Numbered from the stretch's first letter, positions 45,701-53,805 are shown. The stretch is 64,000 nucleotides of DNA from Clostridia bacterium (GCA_017456145.1 JAFTJZ010000034.1:2412-66411); one strand, 5' to 3'. Numbers and translations: made by a program. Notes: generated by a model from the letters alone, not told the origin.

Positions 45701-46963
45701 AGCGTTGATGTCGATGACGCCGGCACTGATCAGGTCAGAAATACAATCCTTCGTCTCAAGGAGAGTAATAATACCGTTCATCACACCGGTGTTCTTCAGG
45801 GCAGCGGAAAGAATCGCATTATCCTTGTCTGCGGCAAGAACAACATCCAGATTATCAACAACCATATCAGCAGTTACAAACTTCGGCAGGAAAGACGACA
45901 GCCCCAGCTTGTCAAAGTTTGCCTTTGCGATTGCTGCAACGTCAACTACATTATCGAGCAGATAATCAATGCGCTCCGTATCGGTAGTCAATGCCATGAA
46001 TGCACTGTCTTTATCCGCTTTCCAATTGGGGTCTTTCGCATAACCAACCAATTCGTTGATCCCCATTTGGGTAACCAGAGAATTGGATTTAACATTTGCG
46101 ATAACCTCATCGTCGGCAACAACCGTTGCAATAAAGCTATCCGTTACGATTGCGTTATACACGTTTTCATTGTTGAGAAGTGCCGCAACATCAATCGAAC
46201 TCAGCATCTCATTGATTACGTCCTTAGTCAAAAGCGCATTGATCTCATCAGAAGTAATCAAAGGATCCGTGCCGGTAATCAAATCCAAAGCATTTTCAGC
46301 TTTGATGTACTTGCTCAACGTAATCGATTGGCTAAGCGTATCTACCGCATCTGCCTTAAGGTAGTTTGCGAGATTTGCACCGAACGCAGTCAGTGTACTC
46401 AGAACCTTGTTGACAACCTCATCGGTAATCAGGACAGTCAGCTGTGCATAATTCTGCAAAATGTACGCGCCCAGCGCGCCATCCTTGAAGAGATTCCAGA
46501 TCTCATCGGCGGGGACGGAGTCAATCAACGCATTGACGTCGATGATTTCCATCACCTTATCAATCTTGACCACGGACAGGAGATCTTCCTTGGTAAACTT
46601 ATCAGTAATAATGTGTACGGGAAGGTCATTCTTCAGCGCACCCAGATCGGATGCAGCGTACAGATCCTTAAGTACGGCCAGCGCGGAGTTGGCGTCGCGC
46701 GTAACCAGGAAGTTGTACAAAGATGCCGGCATTACCTGCAGCAGGGCCTGTTTGTCAAAGGACTCAGACTGCAGAAGGTCTGCCAAGGTTTCCGCATTGA
46801 TGCTCACGGTATAGATGCCGTCGGCGTAGCTAATTCCGTAGGAATTATTGCTATCGTCCAGCAGAGGTGCAGCGGTCGCCGGAAGGACCAGCGAGGACAG
46901 CAGCATCATCAGCGACATCAAAACAGCAGCAATGCGAGTCATGCGTGTTTTCATCTGTTTCAT
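42719..46963 (-). CDS. Giant cell-surface protein (1414 aa) with a C-terminal array of InlB-type B-repeats and a TM anchor
   Basis: Signal peptide MTRIAAVLMSLMMLLSSLVLPATAAP. It has at least 6 tandem ~65-75-aa units (YY(V/I)TFVD.DG..VAKV....D..(I/V).EPAVPA..GY.GKW..Y.L) and a C-terminal LLWLWILIAVVAAGGIAVAVVFIIKKKK. GGAGA lies 5 nt before the ATG. Confidence 0.85.
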   Translation of the reverse strand: MKQMKTRMTRIAAVLMSLMMLLSSLVLPATAAPLLDDSNNSYGISYADGIYTVSINAETLADLLQSESFDKQALLQVMPASLYNFLVTRDANSALAVLKDLYAASDLGALKNDLPVHIITDKFTKEDLLSVVKIDKVMEIIDVNALIDSVPADEIWNLFKDGALGAYILQNYAQLTVLITDEVVNKVLSTLTAFGANLANYLKADAVDTLSQSITLSKYIKAENALDLITGTDPLITSDEINALLTKDVINEMLSSIDVAALLNNENVYNAIVTDSFIATVVADDEVIANVKSNSLVTQMGINELVGYAKDPNWKADKDSAFMALTTDTERIDYLLDNVVDVAAIAKANFDKLGLSSFLPKFVTADMVVDNLDVVLAADKDNAILSAALKNTGVMNGIITLLETKDCISDLISAGVIDINAVVNDVETTVLVECIDTTRVPMDIVISAIGTDVIVDYFMTNDPSGLVSLVDFKYVLSMDAFKDSLKGVTKDELMAAIDVEKIKSDLLPTALDAFLGYIYEIRLNDVVVYSDRALDMTATEYAVAASVPTPADIVNVGDDGVVASFILSYDVYDSANNQWVTYTNGFNVALVGDTTEICNYASKIDAMVQMGVNYLGSDSIGYDFVINAPEKLAELYVTSLTNAELSQELRDKLFGIGNATLEPEEAEAAVDALLNKLTLDELRNVLSSIELGGYNQVILDKLNMYESQAETIRLKLIEVLDRVLTAVVDSNTANEIYGKTLADFYEGNGRFILNLAFTLEIPVPEQAQSLVVNNVITHNVGVDATFADLYQVQFVDGESVLYTAYRTEGYALAELFDLAEVQLEGVTKWMDIDTKTVVDPAALTMPAGDLTLTPVRSFTATFVVDGEIIGTDEFDPADPTTLNFPTTANRLHYTLVWDDYTLEYADITINGYYVPTMYTATFMNGDNLWAIRMYSFETLPAMFMPELPVAPIGYVASWSFPFLPLADITIDVVYTPITYYVTFVDADGNEIAKVPFTVENIEIEYPEVPKKDGYIGTWPELTADMLLDVDYYYENELSFDREVAPIYDSNTYYVTFVDKDGETVAKVPYSVGDTEVDEPAVPAVKGYTNGKWADYTLGAEDITVAPVYELETYYITFVGMDGKTVQKVAFDIEDTKITEPAVPAVKGYKAGKWNSYKLLDEAVYTKTGSYDQKVEASYDLETYYITFVDKDGKQVAKVEFNIKSTSIKAPAVPALDGYTGAWASYKLLDETVYSKTGSYNQTVKPEYTAIGEEKTYTATFVADGKEVAKVTFKATDTKLTEPAVPAKDGYMGKWDSYKLGAADITINAVYTAIEYTVTFVADGTTVGTAKYTVENKSITEPAVPEKEGYTGKWESYTLTTGDVTVNAVYTAVDEVVEPESSLLWLWILIAVVAAGGIAVAVVFIIKKKKAAPKA

Positions 46964-47063
46964 AGCTCTCTCCTATAAATGTTGGTGTTGTTTTTTGTCT
47001 CCGTGTCCCTTCACACACAGTCGCCCGCGCGTAAAGAGCCATTTTGACTTTTATAGTTATACT

Positions 47064-47092
47064 ATAATACCACACTTTTTCAAAAAAATCAA
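47064..47092 (-). promoter_or_regulatory. Promoter of the 1414-aa surface protein gene
   Basis: Reverse strand reads TTGATTtttttgaaaaagtgtggTATTAT (17-nt spacer, TGn extended -10). 26 of 29 nt are identical to the soj promoter at 55400..55428. Confidence 0.55.
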
Positions 47093-47314
47093 GACCTATT
47101 TCAAAAAAAGTTAAAAAAATTTGAAAAACCATCAAATTTTTTTACGATTCCCAGCGGCAGGCAGTGATTTTTGGGAGATTTTTTCGTTTATTTTGGCATT
47201 TTTTGTCGTTCTTCGGAAATTTTCAGCCCAAAGTAAAAAAAGCCGTATCGCGCGCGTCTTTCGCGCAAAAGATGAGCGGGCACATATTTCCACCGAACGG
47301 GCAGGCATTTTTCA

Positions 47315-47344
47315 TTGACTTTCCGCACATTTGCATGTTATAAT
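47315..47344 (+). promoter_or_regulatory. Promoter preceding a ~170-nt leader of the sigma-like regulator gene
   Basis: TTGACT (47315..47320), an 18-nt spacer with TGt, then TATAAT (47339..47344). Confidence 0.55.
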
Positions 47345-47521
47345 ATTCTCGCACGGCACCCGGGTGTGCGGCAGAACAGTTCTTCGGCGCCGCCACGTCG
47401 GCATGGCAGGATAATTTGGTACGACATTTTGCTGCGCGGCAATGTCGTACGACCATGGTGAACGACACGAAATAATACACTATATAATAAATGATAGAAA
47501 CTGACGGAAAGGAGACATCAT

Positions 47522-47941
47522 ATGCGCGAAACCGTACGAATCAAAAAAGAGGAGCGACTGTCCGAGCCCGCAGCCGTTCGTCGCGCAAGGGCTTATTTGG
47601 AGGAATATCAACGTGCCACCGATATGCTTTCCCTGTTGCAAAACGAGCGAGACGACCGATACGGCATCCCGGGGGCACGTTTTTCCGCCTCTCTTGCCGA
47701 GCGCACCGAGCAGGCGACCTACTGGGAAGGACGAGCGCGAGAAATTTGCACTTTGATCGATTCTCTGCCAACCTACCGCGAAAAAATGATGCTGCACTAT
47801 CACTACATTCTGGGGTATACCGTTGAGGCAGCGGCAGAAGCGATGGAAATATCCCGCAGCGGCGCATTTCGTATGAAACGGCGTGCACTGGAGCTGGTCG
47901 CCGCTGCGCTTGCCCGGCAAGAGAACAGCGAGAGCGCGTAA
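47522..47941 (+). CDS. Small sigma-70 region-4-like transcription activator (phage RinA/ArpU/DUF1492-like)
   Basis: 139 aa with GGAAAGGAGacatcatATG. An N-terminal coiled region (RRARAYLEEYQRATDMLSLLQNE) is followed by LPTYREKMMLHYHYILGYTVEAAAEAMEISRSGAFRMKRRALELV, a region-4-type HTH. Confidence 0.65.
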   Translation: MRETVRIKKEERLSEPAAVRRARAYLEEYQRATDMLSLLQNERDDRYGIPGARFSASLAERTEQATYWEGRAREICTLIDSLPTYREKMMLHYHYILGYTVEAAAEAMEISRSGAFRMKRRALELVAAALARQENSESA

Positions 47942-48124
47942 GCACCGCCGCAGCGTATAACATCGATGTATAATAATGTAGCTTTCAGGCAAAGGATTTT
48001 AAGAAATTTCCGGATCTTCCACGAAAAAGCACCTTGCGCAGGATTTGGGGTAGCACTCCGATTTCATTTACCCCCGATCGGCAACGAAAAGCGCTTGTTT
48101 TTCATTCTTTTACGTCCGCCCCTA

Positions 48125-48153
48125 TTGCTTTTTTAACAAAAATATGCTATACT
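48125..48153 (+). promoter_or_regulatory. Promoter of the GxGYxYP lipoprotein gene
   Basis: TTGCTT, a 17-nt spacer ending in TGc, then TATACT. Confidence 0.5.
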
Positions 48154-48206
48154 GTATCTGTATATCTCTCGCGGTGCGAGTAAATTTTTGTACGGAGGTA
48201 CATGAC

Positions 48207-50504
48207 ATGAAAAAAATCCTTGTCATTTTGCTGGCGCTCTTGAGCCTGACCATGGTCTTCTCGCTCCTCGCCTGCAACAATGAACCCGCGCCCCCCGACG
48301 AGGGCGACGACACGCCCCCCGAGGCCATGACCGACATTGTCATCGACGGCGCATCCTCTTACACGTTAGTTCGTTCCGACCGTTATAACACCAGCGACCC
48401 CATTACGCAAGCCGCGGTCGATCTGCGCAAGGCCGTCGAGGCTGCCACCGGCTGCTCACTGGGCATCACAACCGACTACACCGCCCCCGTCGCACTGGAG
48501 ATCATCGTCGGCGACACCAATCGCGAGGAAAACGCCCTGATTCCCACCGACCTTGCCTTGAATGAATATGTCATCATCCACAAGGACGGCAAGCTGATCA
48601 TTTCGGGCAGCGACGGCACCTCCACCTCCAAGGCGGTAGAGTATTTCATCAAAACTTATCTGGGTTACGATGCCGCGACAGGCACCTACGCCAAAACCAC
48701 CCTTTCCATTCCCGAAAGTCTCAACTACCGCGGCTCCTTCGATTATCCGACCATCGTCTACCAGATCGGCGATATCAAGAGCATCCCCACCGCAAGCGGA
48801 AACGAGGTCTACAACGATGTCGTTCGTCTGATCACCTCCTTGCAGGGACGCTTGAACAAGAACGCCGAGGAGAACGGATTCTACATCTATCAGATGTACG
48901 ACAGCACCGATTCCTTCTGGCTGGAATACATTTCAGGCGAGGGCAAGATGTTTGACGGTGCGATCGTTGTTGAACTGAAGACGTGGGCAGACTTCTGGGA
49001 GGTCTTTGCCCCTTACATTCAGGAGGCGGGCCTTGTTGCATGGGACCCCGAGGTTCCTTCGACCGCCAACGTAGCCGCCACCATCTGCGCACTTGACGGC
49101 TACCTCCCCGTTCGTTTCAGCTCCGACGAAAGCAGCCTGTACAAATGGCTGCGCAACAACGGTGTTGCCACTGCCGAAAACCTTTACGGCATGTTTGACG
49201 GAACGCTCGGCACCAAAATCGCCGACACCAACCTGGATTCCTCGGGCAGTGCAAAGTGTGACGCATATCTGTGGGCGCTGGAGAAATACGGCGACCGCTG
49301 CAACCCCTTGATGGTTGCTTATACCCTGGACGGTGCCTCCACCGTTGCGGACAATCTCATTTATCAGGAAGCAGAGGGCAACACCCCCAACTGGAACCAG
49401 CTCTACAGCCACGATTTTCTGATCTACAACGAGTGTTTCTTCTTTGATCTGACCTGTTATGCCGAGGAGGCTCCCTGCGACGATCCCGAGCAGCCCATCG
49501 GCACGGATGCCGCAACGCTGCACACCATCCTCAACTTTTTCTGCCAGAAGAACAATGGCAAAATGGGCAAGCTGATGGGATTCCCGCCTTGGTACATGAA
49601 GTACACCACCCACCGCGGTCACGGAACACCCGTTGCCACCACGCTGGAGTGGGATTTCGTCGAGTTCATCTCGGCGTACAACTTCATCAAGGAGGCAGAT
49701 GCCGCACATCCCGCCTGGATGACCAACGGCTCCGTCTTTACGCAGTACGTCTCCACCACCGATTATGAAAACACCGAGGTCGAGCCCACCGAGATCTTTG
49801 ACAGCAAGACCCGTTACTTCACCATTTACATGGGCGACTACGACTCTTCCGCATGGCTCAAGCAGCACATTCCCAACTTCTTCCGCGACAACGGAAGAGG
49901 AGAATATCCGCTGATGTGGGGCTTTAACCCCAACCTTGGCGACCGCGTTCCCATGGTGTTTGATTACATCTACGAAAATCTGACCGAGAACGACATTCTC
50001 GCCACAGGCGACAGTGGCGCGGGCTACGTCATCCCCGCCATGCTGCCCAACATAGACACCTGGGTCGCCTATAACGAGCCGTACACCGAGAAATACGACA
50101 TGGACATCGTCGGTTTCATCATCAACGGCAACAATCCGATGACCGATCGCGAGTTTGCGGCATATGCCGAGATCGCCCCCATCGGCTCGTTCCACAACGA
50201 CTCCTCCAAAAAGCTGGTCGTTTGGGACAATCTGACCGTCTATATGCACCTGATGAACGGCATCAACCCGACCGACGCCAAGGTCGCGGAATCAATGTAC
50301 AATTATGCATCTCAGACGGGCAACAACTTCTCCGCATACCGTACCGTTTGCTATTCGCCCTCGTCGGTCAACAACGCAATTGAGGCGTTTATCGAATATG
50401 CTGAGGCAAAGAACGACGGCTACTCCTATATGTGTGTCGATCCTTACACGCTCTTTGATCTGGTTCTCCAATCCGGTCAGGGTGATTATCGAGACGCAGA
50501 GTAA
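48207..50504 (+). CDS. Lipoprotein of the GxGYxYP putative glycoside-hydrolase family
   Basis: ORF 48144..50504 trimmed to ATG 48207 (GGAGGtacatgacATG). MKKILVILLALLSLTMVFSLLAC is a signal peptide plus lipobox. The family motif is GDSGAGYVIPAML. Confidence 0.75.
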   Translation: MKKILVILLALLSLTMVFSLLACNNEPAPPDEGDDTPPEAMTDIVIDGASSYTLVRSDRYNTSDPITQAAVDLRKAVEAATGCSLGITTDYTAPVALEIIVGDTNREENALIPTDLALNEYVIIHKDGKLIISGSDGTSTSKAVEYFIKTYLGYDAATGTYAKTTLSIPESLNYRGSFDYPTIVYQIGDIKSIPTASGNEVYNDVVRLITSLQGRLNKNAEENGFYIYQMYDSTDSFWLEYISGEGKMFDGAIVVELKTWADFWEVFAPYIQEAGLVAWDPEVPSTANVAATICALDGYLPVRFSSDESSLYKWLRNNGVATAENLYGMFDGTLGTKIADTNLDSSGSAKCDAYLWALEKYGDRCNPLMVAYTLDGASTVADNLIYQEAEGNTPNWNQLYSHDFLIYNECFFFDLTCYAEEAPCDDPEQPIGTDAATLHTILNFFCQKNNGKMGKLMGFPPWYMKYTTHRGHGTPVATTLEWDFVEFISAYNFIKEADAAHPAWMTNGSVFTQYVSTTDYENTEVEPTEIFDSKTRYFTIYMGDYDSSAWLKQHIPNFFRDNGRGEYPLMWGFNPNLGDRVPMVFDYIYENLTENDILATGDSGAGYVIPAMLPNIDTWVAYNEPYTEKYDMDIVGFIINGNNPMTDREFAAYAEIAPIGSFHNDSSKKLVVWDNLTVYMHLMNGINPTDAKVAESMYNYASQTGNNFSAYRTVCYSPSSVNNAIEAFIEYAEAKNDGYSYMCVDPYTLFDLVLQSGQGDYRDAE

Positions 50505-50601
50505 CAATTTTCCCGAGGTCTCCGCGCTTTTGCGGGAGACCTCGGGCTCTTTTTATGAAAAAAGGTTGACATATTTGTGGTTTTATGATACAATAAGGGA
50601 A

Positions 50602-50917
50602 GTTGGGGCGCTGCCCCAAGCCCTGCCAAGGAAACTTTTTGAAAAAAGTTTCCTTGGATCTTTCAAAAACTTTAGATAAAATCGCTTATTTTTAATTTTT
50701 CAAAGTTTTTGGAAGTCCGGAAACCTTTTTTTCAAAAAGAGGGTCGGTGGGCGCGGGGTAGCGTCCACGGGCACGGGGATGTTGGGGCGCCGCCCCAAGC
50801 CCTGCCAAGGAAACTTTTTGAAAAAAGTTTCCTTGGATCCTTCAAAAACTTTAGATAAAATCGCTTAATTTTAATTTTTTCAAAGTTTTTGGAAGTCCAG
50901 AAACCTTTTTTCCAAAA
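50602..50917 (+). repeat. Multi-hairpin repeat, subfamily 1, two complete head-to-tail copies (f1, f2; period 179 nt)
   Basis: Each copy has GTTGGGGCGC(T/C)GCCCCAAG, CCAAGGAAACTTTTTGAAAAAAGTTTCCTTGG (50626..50657 and 50805..50836), CCTTCAAAAACTTT-N29-AAAGTTTTTGGAAG and CC(A/G)GAAACCTTTTTT..AAAAAGG. The pair ends 45 nt before mnmG. Confidence 0.9.
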
Positions 50918-50961
50918 AGGTTTCTGGTCGCCGAAGGCAATCCACAAGACCGAGAGTACAC

Positions 50962-52848
50962 ATGAACATTGACACTTACCACACCACAGATATTGCAGTA
51001 GTCGGCGCGGGACACGCGGGCGTTGAGGCGGCACTGGCCGCGGCAAGGCTCGGCATGAACACCGTGCTTTTCACGCTTTCACTGGACGCCATCGCCAACC
51101 TGCCCTGCAATCCATCCATCGGCGGCACAGGCAAGGGGCACCTCGTCTACGAAATCGACGCGCTGGGCGGCGAGATGGGCCGCGCCGCCGACGCGGTTAC
51201 GCTGCAAAGCCGCACGCTCAACGTCGGCAAGGGTGCCGCCGTCCGTTCCAAGCGAGTGCAGGCCGATCGCCGCCTTTACCACCAAATCATCAAGCAAACG
51301 CTGGAAAAGCAGCCGAATTTACGCATTGTCCAAGCGGAGATCGTCGACCTAATCACCGAGCAGGAGGGCGAGTCGAGACGCATTACCGGCGTGATTACCA
51401 AGCTCGGCGAGAAATGGTCCTGCCGAGCTGCCATTCTCTGCACGGGGACCTATCTCGGCGGTCGCGTTTTCGTCGGTGACGTCAACTATCCCTCCGGGCC
51501 GGACGGATTTTTAGCCGCTGCAGGCTTGACCGATGCTCTGCAACGGCTGGGTCTGACGCTCATGCGATTCAAAACGGGAACTCCCGCCCGCGTCCGCCGT
51601 GACAGCATTGACTACAGCGCTCTGGAGCTCCAGCCGGGCGAGACCGACGGTCTTCCCTATTGCGCCGACACGGACGAAAACTATCTGGATGACCTCGATC
51701 AGATTCCCTGCCACATTGTCTATACCAACGCCCAAACCCATCGCATTATCCGCGACAACATTACACGCAGCGCCATGTACTCGGGTGCCATTCACGGCAC
51801 GGGCCCCCGCTACTGCCCCTCCATTGAAGACAAGCTGACCCGATTCCCCGACAAGGAGCGGCACCAGCTGTTTGTCGAGCCCATGGGCCGACATACCGAG
51901 GAGATGTATATTCAAGGCTTTTCCACATCTCTTCCCACCGACGTCCAGACCGCCATGCTCCATTCGCTGGATGGCTTTGAAAATGCAGAAATCATGCGTT
52001 ATGCCTATGCCATTGAATATGATTGCATCGATCCTACCCAATTGCGCGGTACGCTTGAGCTCAAAAGCATCCGCGGCTTGTACGGCGCAGGACAGTTCAA
52101 CGGCACCTCCGGGTATGAGGAGGCCGCCGCCCAAGGACTTGTCGCCGGTATCAACGCCGTCCTTGCTCTGCGCGGCGAGGATCCGCTGCTTTTGGAGCGT
52201 TCGGGCAGCTACATCGGCACGCTGATCGACGACCTTGTCACCAAAGGTACGCACGAGCCCTACCGTATGATGACTTCTCGCAGCGAATATCGCCTCCTTT
52301 TGCGACAGGACAACGCCGATCTGCGCTTGACGCCACTGGGTCGCCGAGTCGGGCTGATTGATGATGCCCGCTATGCCGCGTTTACCGAGAGAAAGGAGCA
52401 GATCGACCGTGAGATCCGCCGCCTTGAGAGCACCCACCTCTCCCCCGCCGCCGCCAACGCTTATCTTTTGCCAAACGGCGAGAGTGCGGTCCCAAGCGGC
52501 GTGTCGCTGGCGGATCTTCTGCGCCGTCCCGCGCTGAGTTACGGCGGGCTTGCCGAGATCGATCCCGAGCGACCCGTTCTTTCCCGCCGCGTCTGTCTGA
52601 CCGTCGAGGTCACCGTCAAGTACGACGGTTACATCAAGCGCGAGATCGCCGAGGTGGAGCGCCATCGCAAGCTCGAGGTCAAGCGCCTCCCCGATGACAT
52701 CGATTACCTCCATCTCAAGGGGCTGCGCATCGAGGCTGCGCAAAAGCTCGACAAGCTCCGTCCCATGACCGTCGGTCAAGCCTCTCGGATCAGCGGCGTC
52801 AATCCCGCCGATATTTCGGTGCTGTTGATTTATCTGGGCCTCAAATGA
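50962..52848 (+). CDS. mnmG: tRNA uridine-5-carboxymethylaminomethyl synthesis enzyme MnmG (GidA)
   Basis: 628 aa with the FAD motif IAVVGAGHAGVEAALAAARLG plus NPSIGGTGKGHLVYEIDALGG, GPRYCPSIEDK and YAIEYD. Confidence 0.95.
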   Translation: MNIDTYHTTDIAVVGAGHAGVEAALAAARLGMNTVLFTLSLDAIANLPCNPSIGGTGKGHLVYEIDALGGEMGRAADAVTLQSRTLNVGKGAAVRSKRVQADRRLYHQIIKQTLEKQPNLRIVQAEIVDLITEQEGESRRITGVITKLGEKWSCRAAILCTGTYLGGRVFVGDVNYPSGPDGFLAAAGLTDALQRLGLTLMRFKTGTPARVRRDSIDYSALELQPGETDGLPYCADTDENYLDDLDQIPCHIVYTNAQTHRIIRDNITRSAMYSGAIHGTGPRYCPSIEDKLTRFPDKERHQLFVEPMGRHTEEMYIQGFSTSLPTDVQTAMLHSLDGFENAEIMRYAYAIEYDCIDPTQLRGTLELKSIRGLYGAGQFNGTSGYEEAAAQGLVAGINAVLALRGEDPLLLERSGSYIGTLIDDLVTKGTHEPYRMMTSRSEYRLLLRQDNADLRLTPLGRRVGLIDDARYAAFTERKEQIDREIRRLESTHLSPAAANAYLLPNGESAVPSGVSLADLLRRPALSYGGLAEIDPERPVLSRRVCLTVEVTVKYDGYIKREIAEVERHRKLEVKRLPDDIDYLHLKGLRIEAAQKLDKLRPMTVGQASRISGVNPADISVLLIYLGLK

Positions 52849-53034
52849 GCCTTGTCTATCACTCAAAACACGGTATTTCTTCTTCTCTTTCAAGTCATAA
52901 CATCTTAAGCGATCTTACTACATCGCAATGAATGTGTTAAGTTCCTCCGAGATTTCAAAAAAGCTTATTCCGATTTTTCTTTTGGGGTTTCGGGCAAATG
53001 CTCCGATCTCCCCATATCCGTACAGGAGACATTT

Positions 53035-53790
53035 ATGGACTATAGTCAATTTTCCGAGCTCTTCTCCGCTTGCTTGCAGGCAAATCATATGGATCACCTG
53101 TTAAATGATGCTCTTATCAACTATTTTCACCAATTGACCGTTCGCATGCTGCAAGTCAATCGCGTGATGAATCTGACCCGCATCACTGAGCCGCAGGAGA
53201 TCATCCTACGCCACTACATTGACTCACTGACACTCTCCCCCCACATCCCCGCAGGTGCGTCTGTGCTGGATGTCGGCTGTGGCGCGGGTTTTCCCTCCCT
53301 ACCGCTGGCCATTGCTCGCCCGGACCTGAAAATCACGGCATTGGACAGCACTGACAAAAAAGTTCGGTATATCAACGAAACCGCTGCGTTTCTTGGCATC
53401 CCACACACACGCCTCCACGCCGTGACCGCGCGTGCCGAGGATGCAGCTGCCGCCACTTCTCCGATGCGGGAGTCCTATGACGTCGTCACCAGCCGTGCCG
53501 TCGCTCGTCTGCAGCTGCTCGCCGAGCTTTCTATTCCTTTTCTTCGCGTCGGTGGACTCTTCATCGCCATGAAGGGAGGCCGTGCCACCGAAGAGCTTTC
53601 CGAGGCTACGTGTGCTTATCACACCCTCGGCGCTCCCAAAGCTGAGCTTTTCCCCTGCACCATTGCGTCGCCGCCGGGATCGTCCGAGACAGCCCCCGAG
53701 GAGCACGTGCTGGTGATAGCGAAAAAAGTTAGGAAAACCGCGGAAATTCATCCGAGAAAATATGCGCAAATGTTAAAAAAGCCGCTTTAA
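53035..53790 (+). CDS. rsmG: 16S rRNA (guanine527-N7)-methyltransferase RsmG (GidB)
   Basis: 251 aa with MNLTRITEPQEIILRHYIDSL, VLDVGCGAGFPSLPLAI and VTSRAVA. It sits directly after mnmG. Confidence 0.9.
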   Translation: MDYSQFSELFSACLQANHMDHLLNDALINYFHQLTVRMLQVNRVMNLTRITEPQEIILRHYIDSLTLSPHIPAGASVLDVGCGAGFPSLPLAIARPDLKITALDSTDKKVRYINETAAFLGIPHTRLHAVTARAEDAAAATSPMRESYDVVTSRAVARLQLLAELSIPFLRVGGLFIAMKGGRATEELSEATCAYHTLGAPKAELFPCTIASPPGSSETAPEEHVLVIAKKVRKTAEIHPRKYAQMLKKPL

Positions 53791-53805
53791 TTCGCGGCTT
53801 TTTTC
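53781..53805 (+). terminator. Intrinsic terminator overlapping the rsmG stop codon
   Basis: GCCGC-tttaattc-GCGGC followed by TTTTTTC. Confidence 0.7.

Noticed and set aside
42710-46978. 1422-aa plus-strand ORF
   Set aside because: It is a mirror-frame artefact of the 1414-aa minus-strand surface-protein gene, in the same codon phase. Stops are absent only because the sense gene lacks TTA/CTA/TCA codons. It has no start context.
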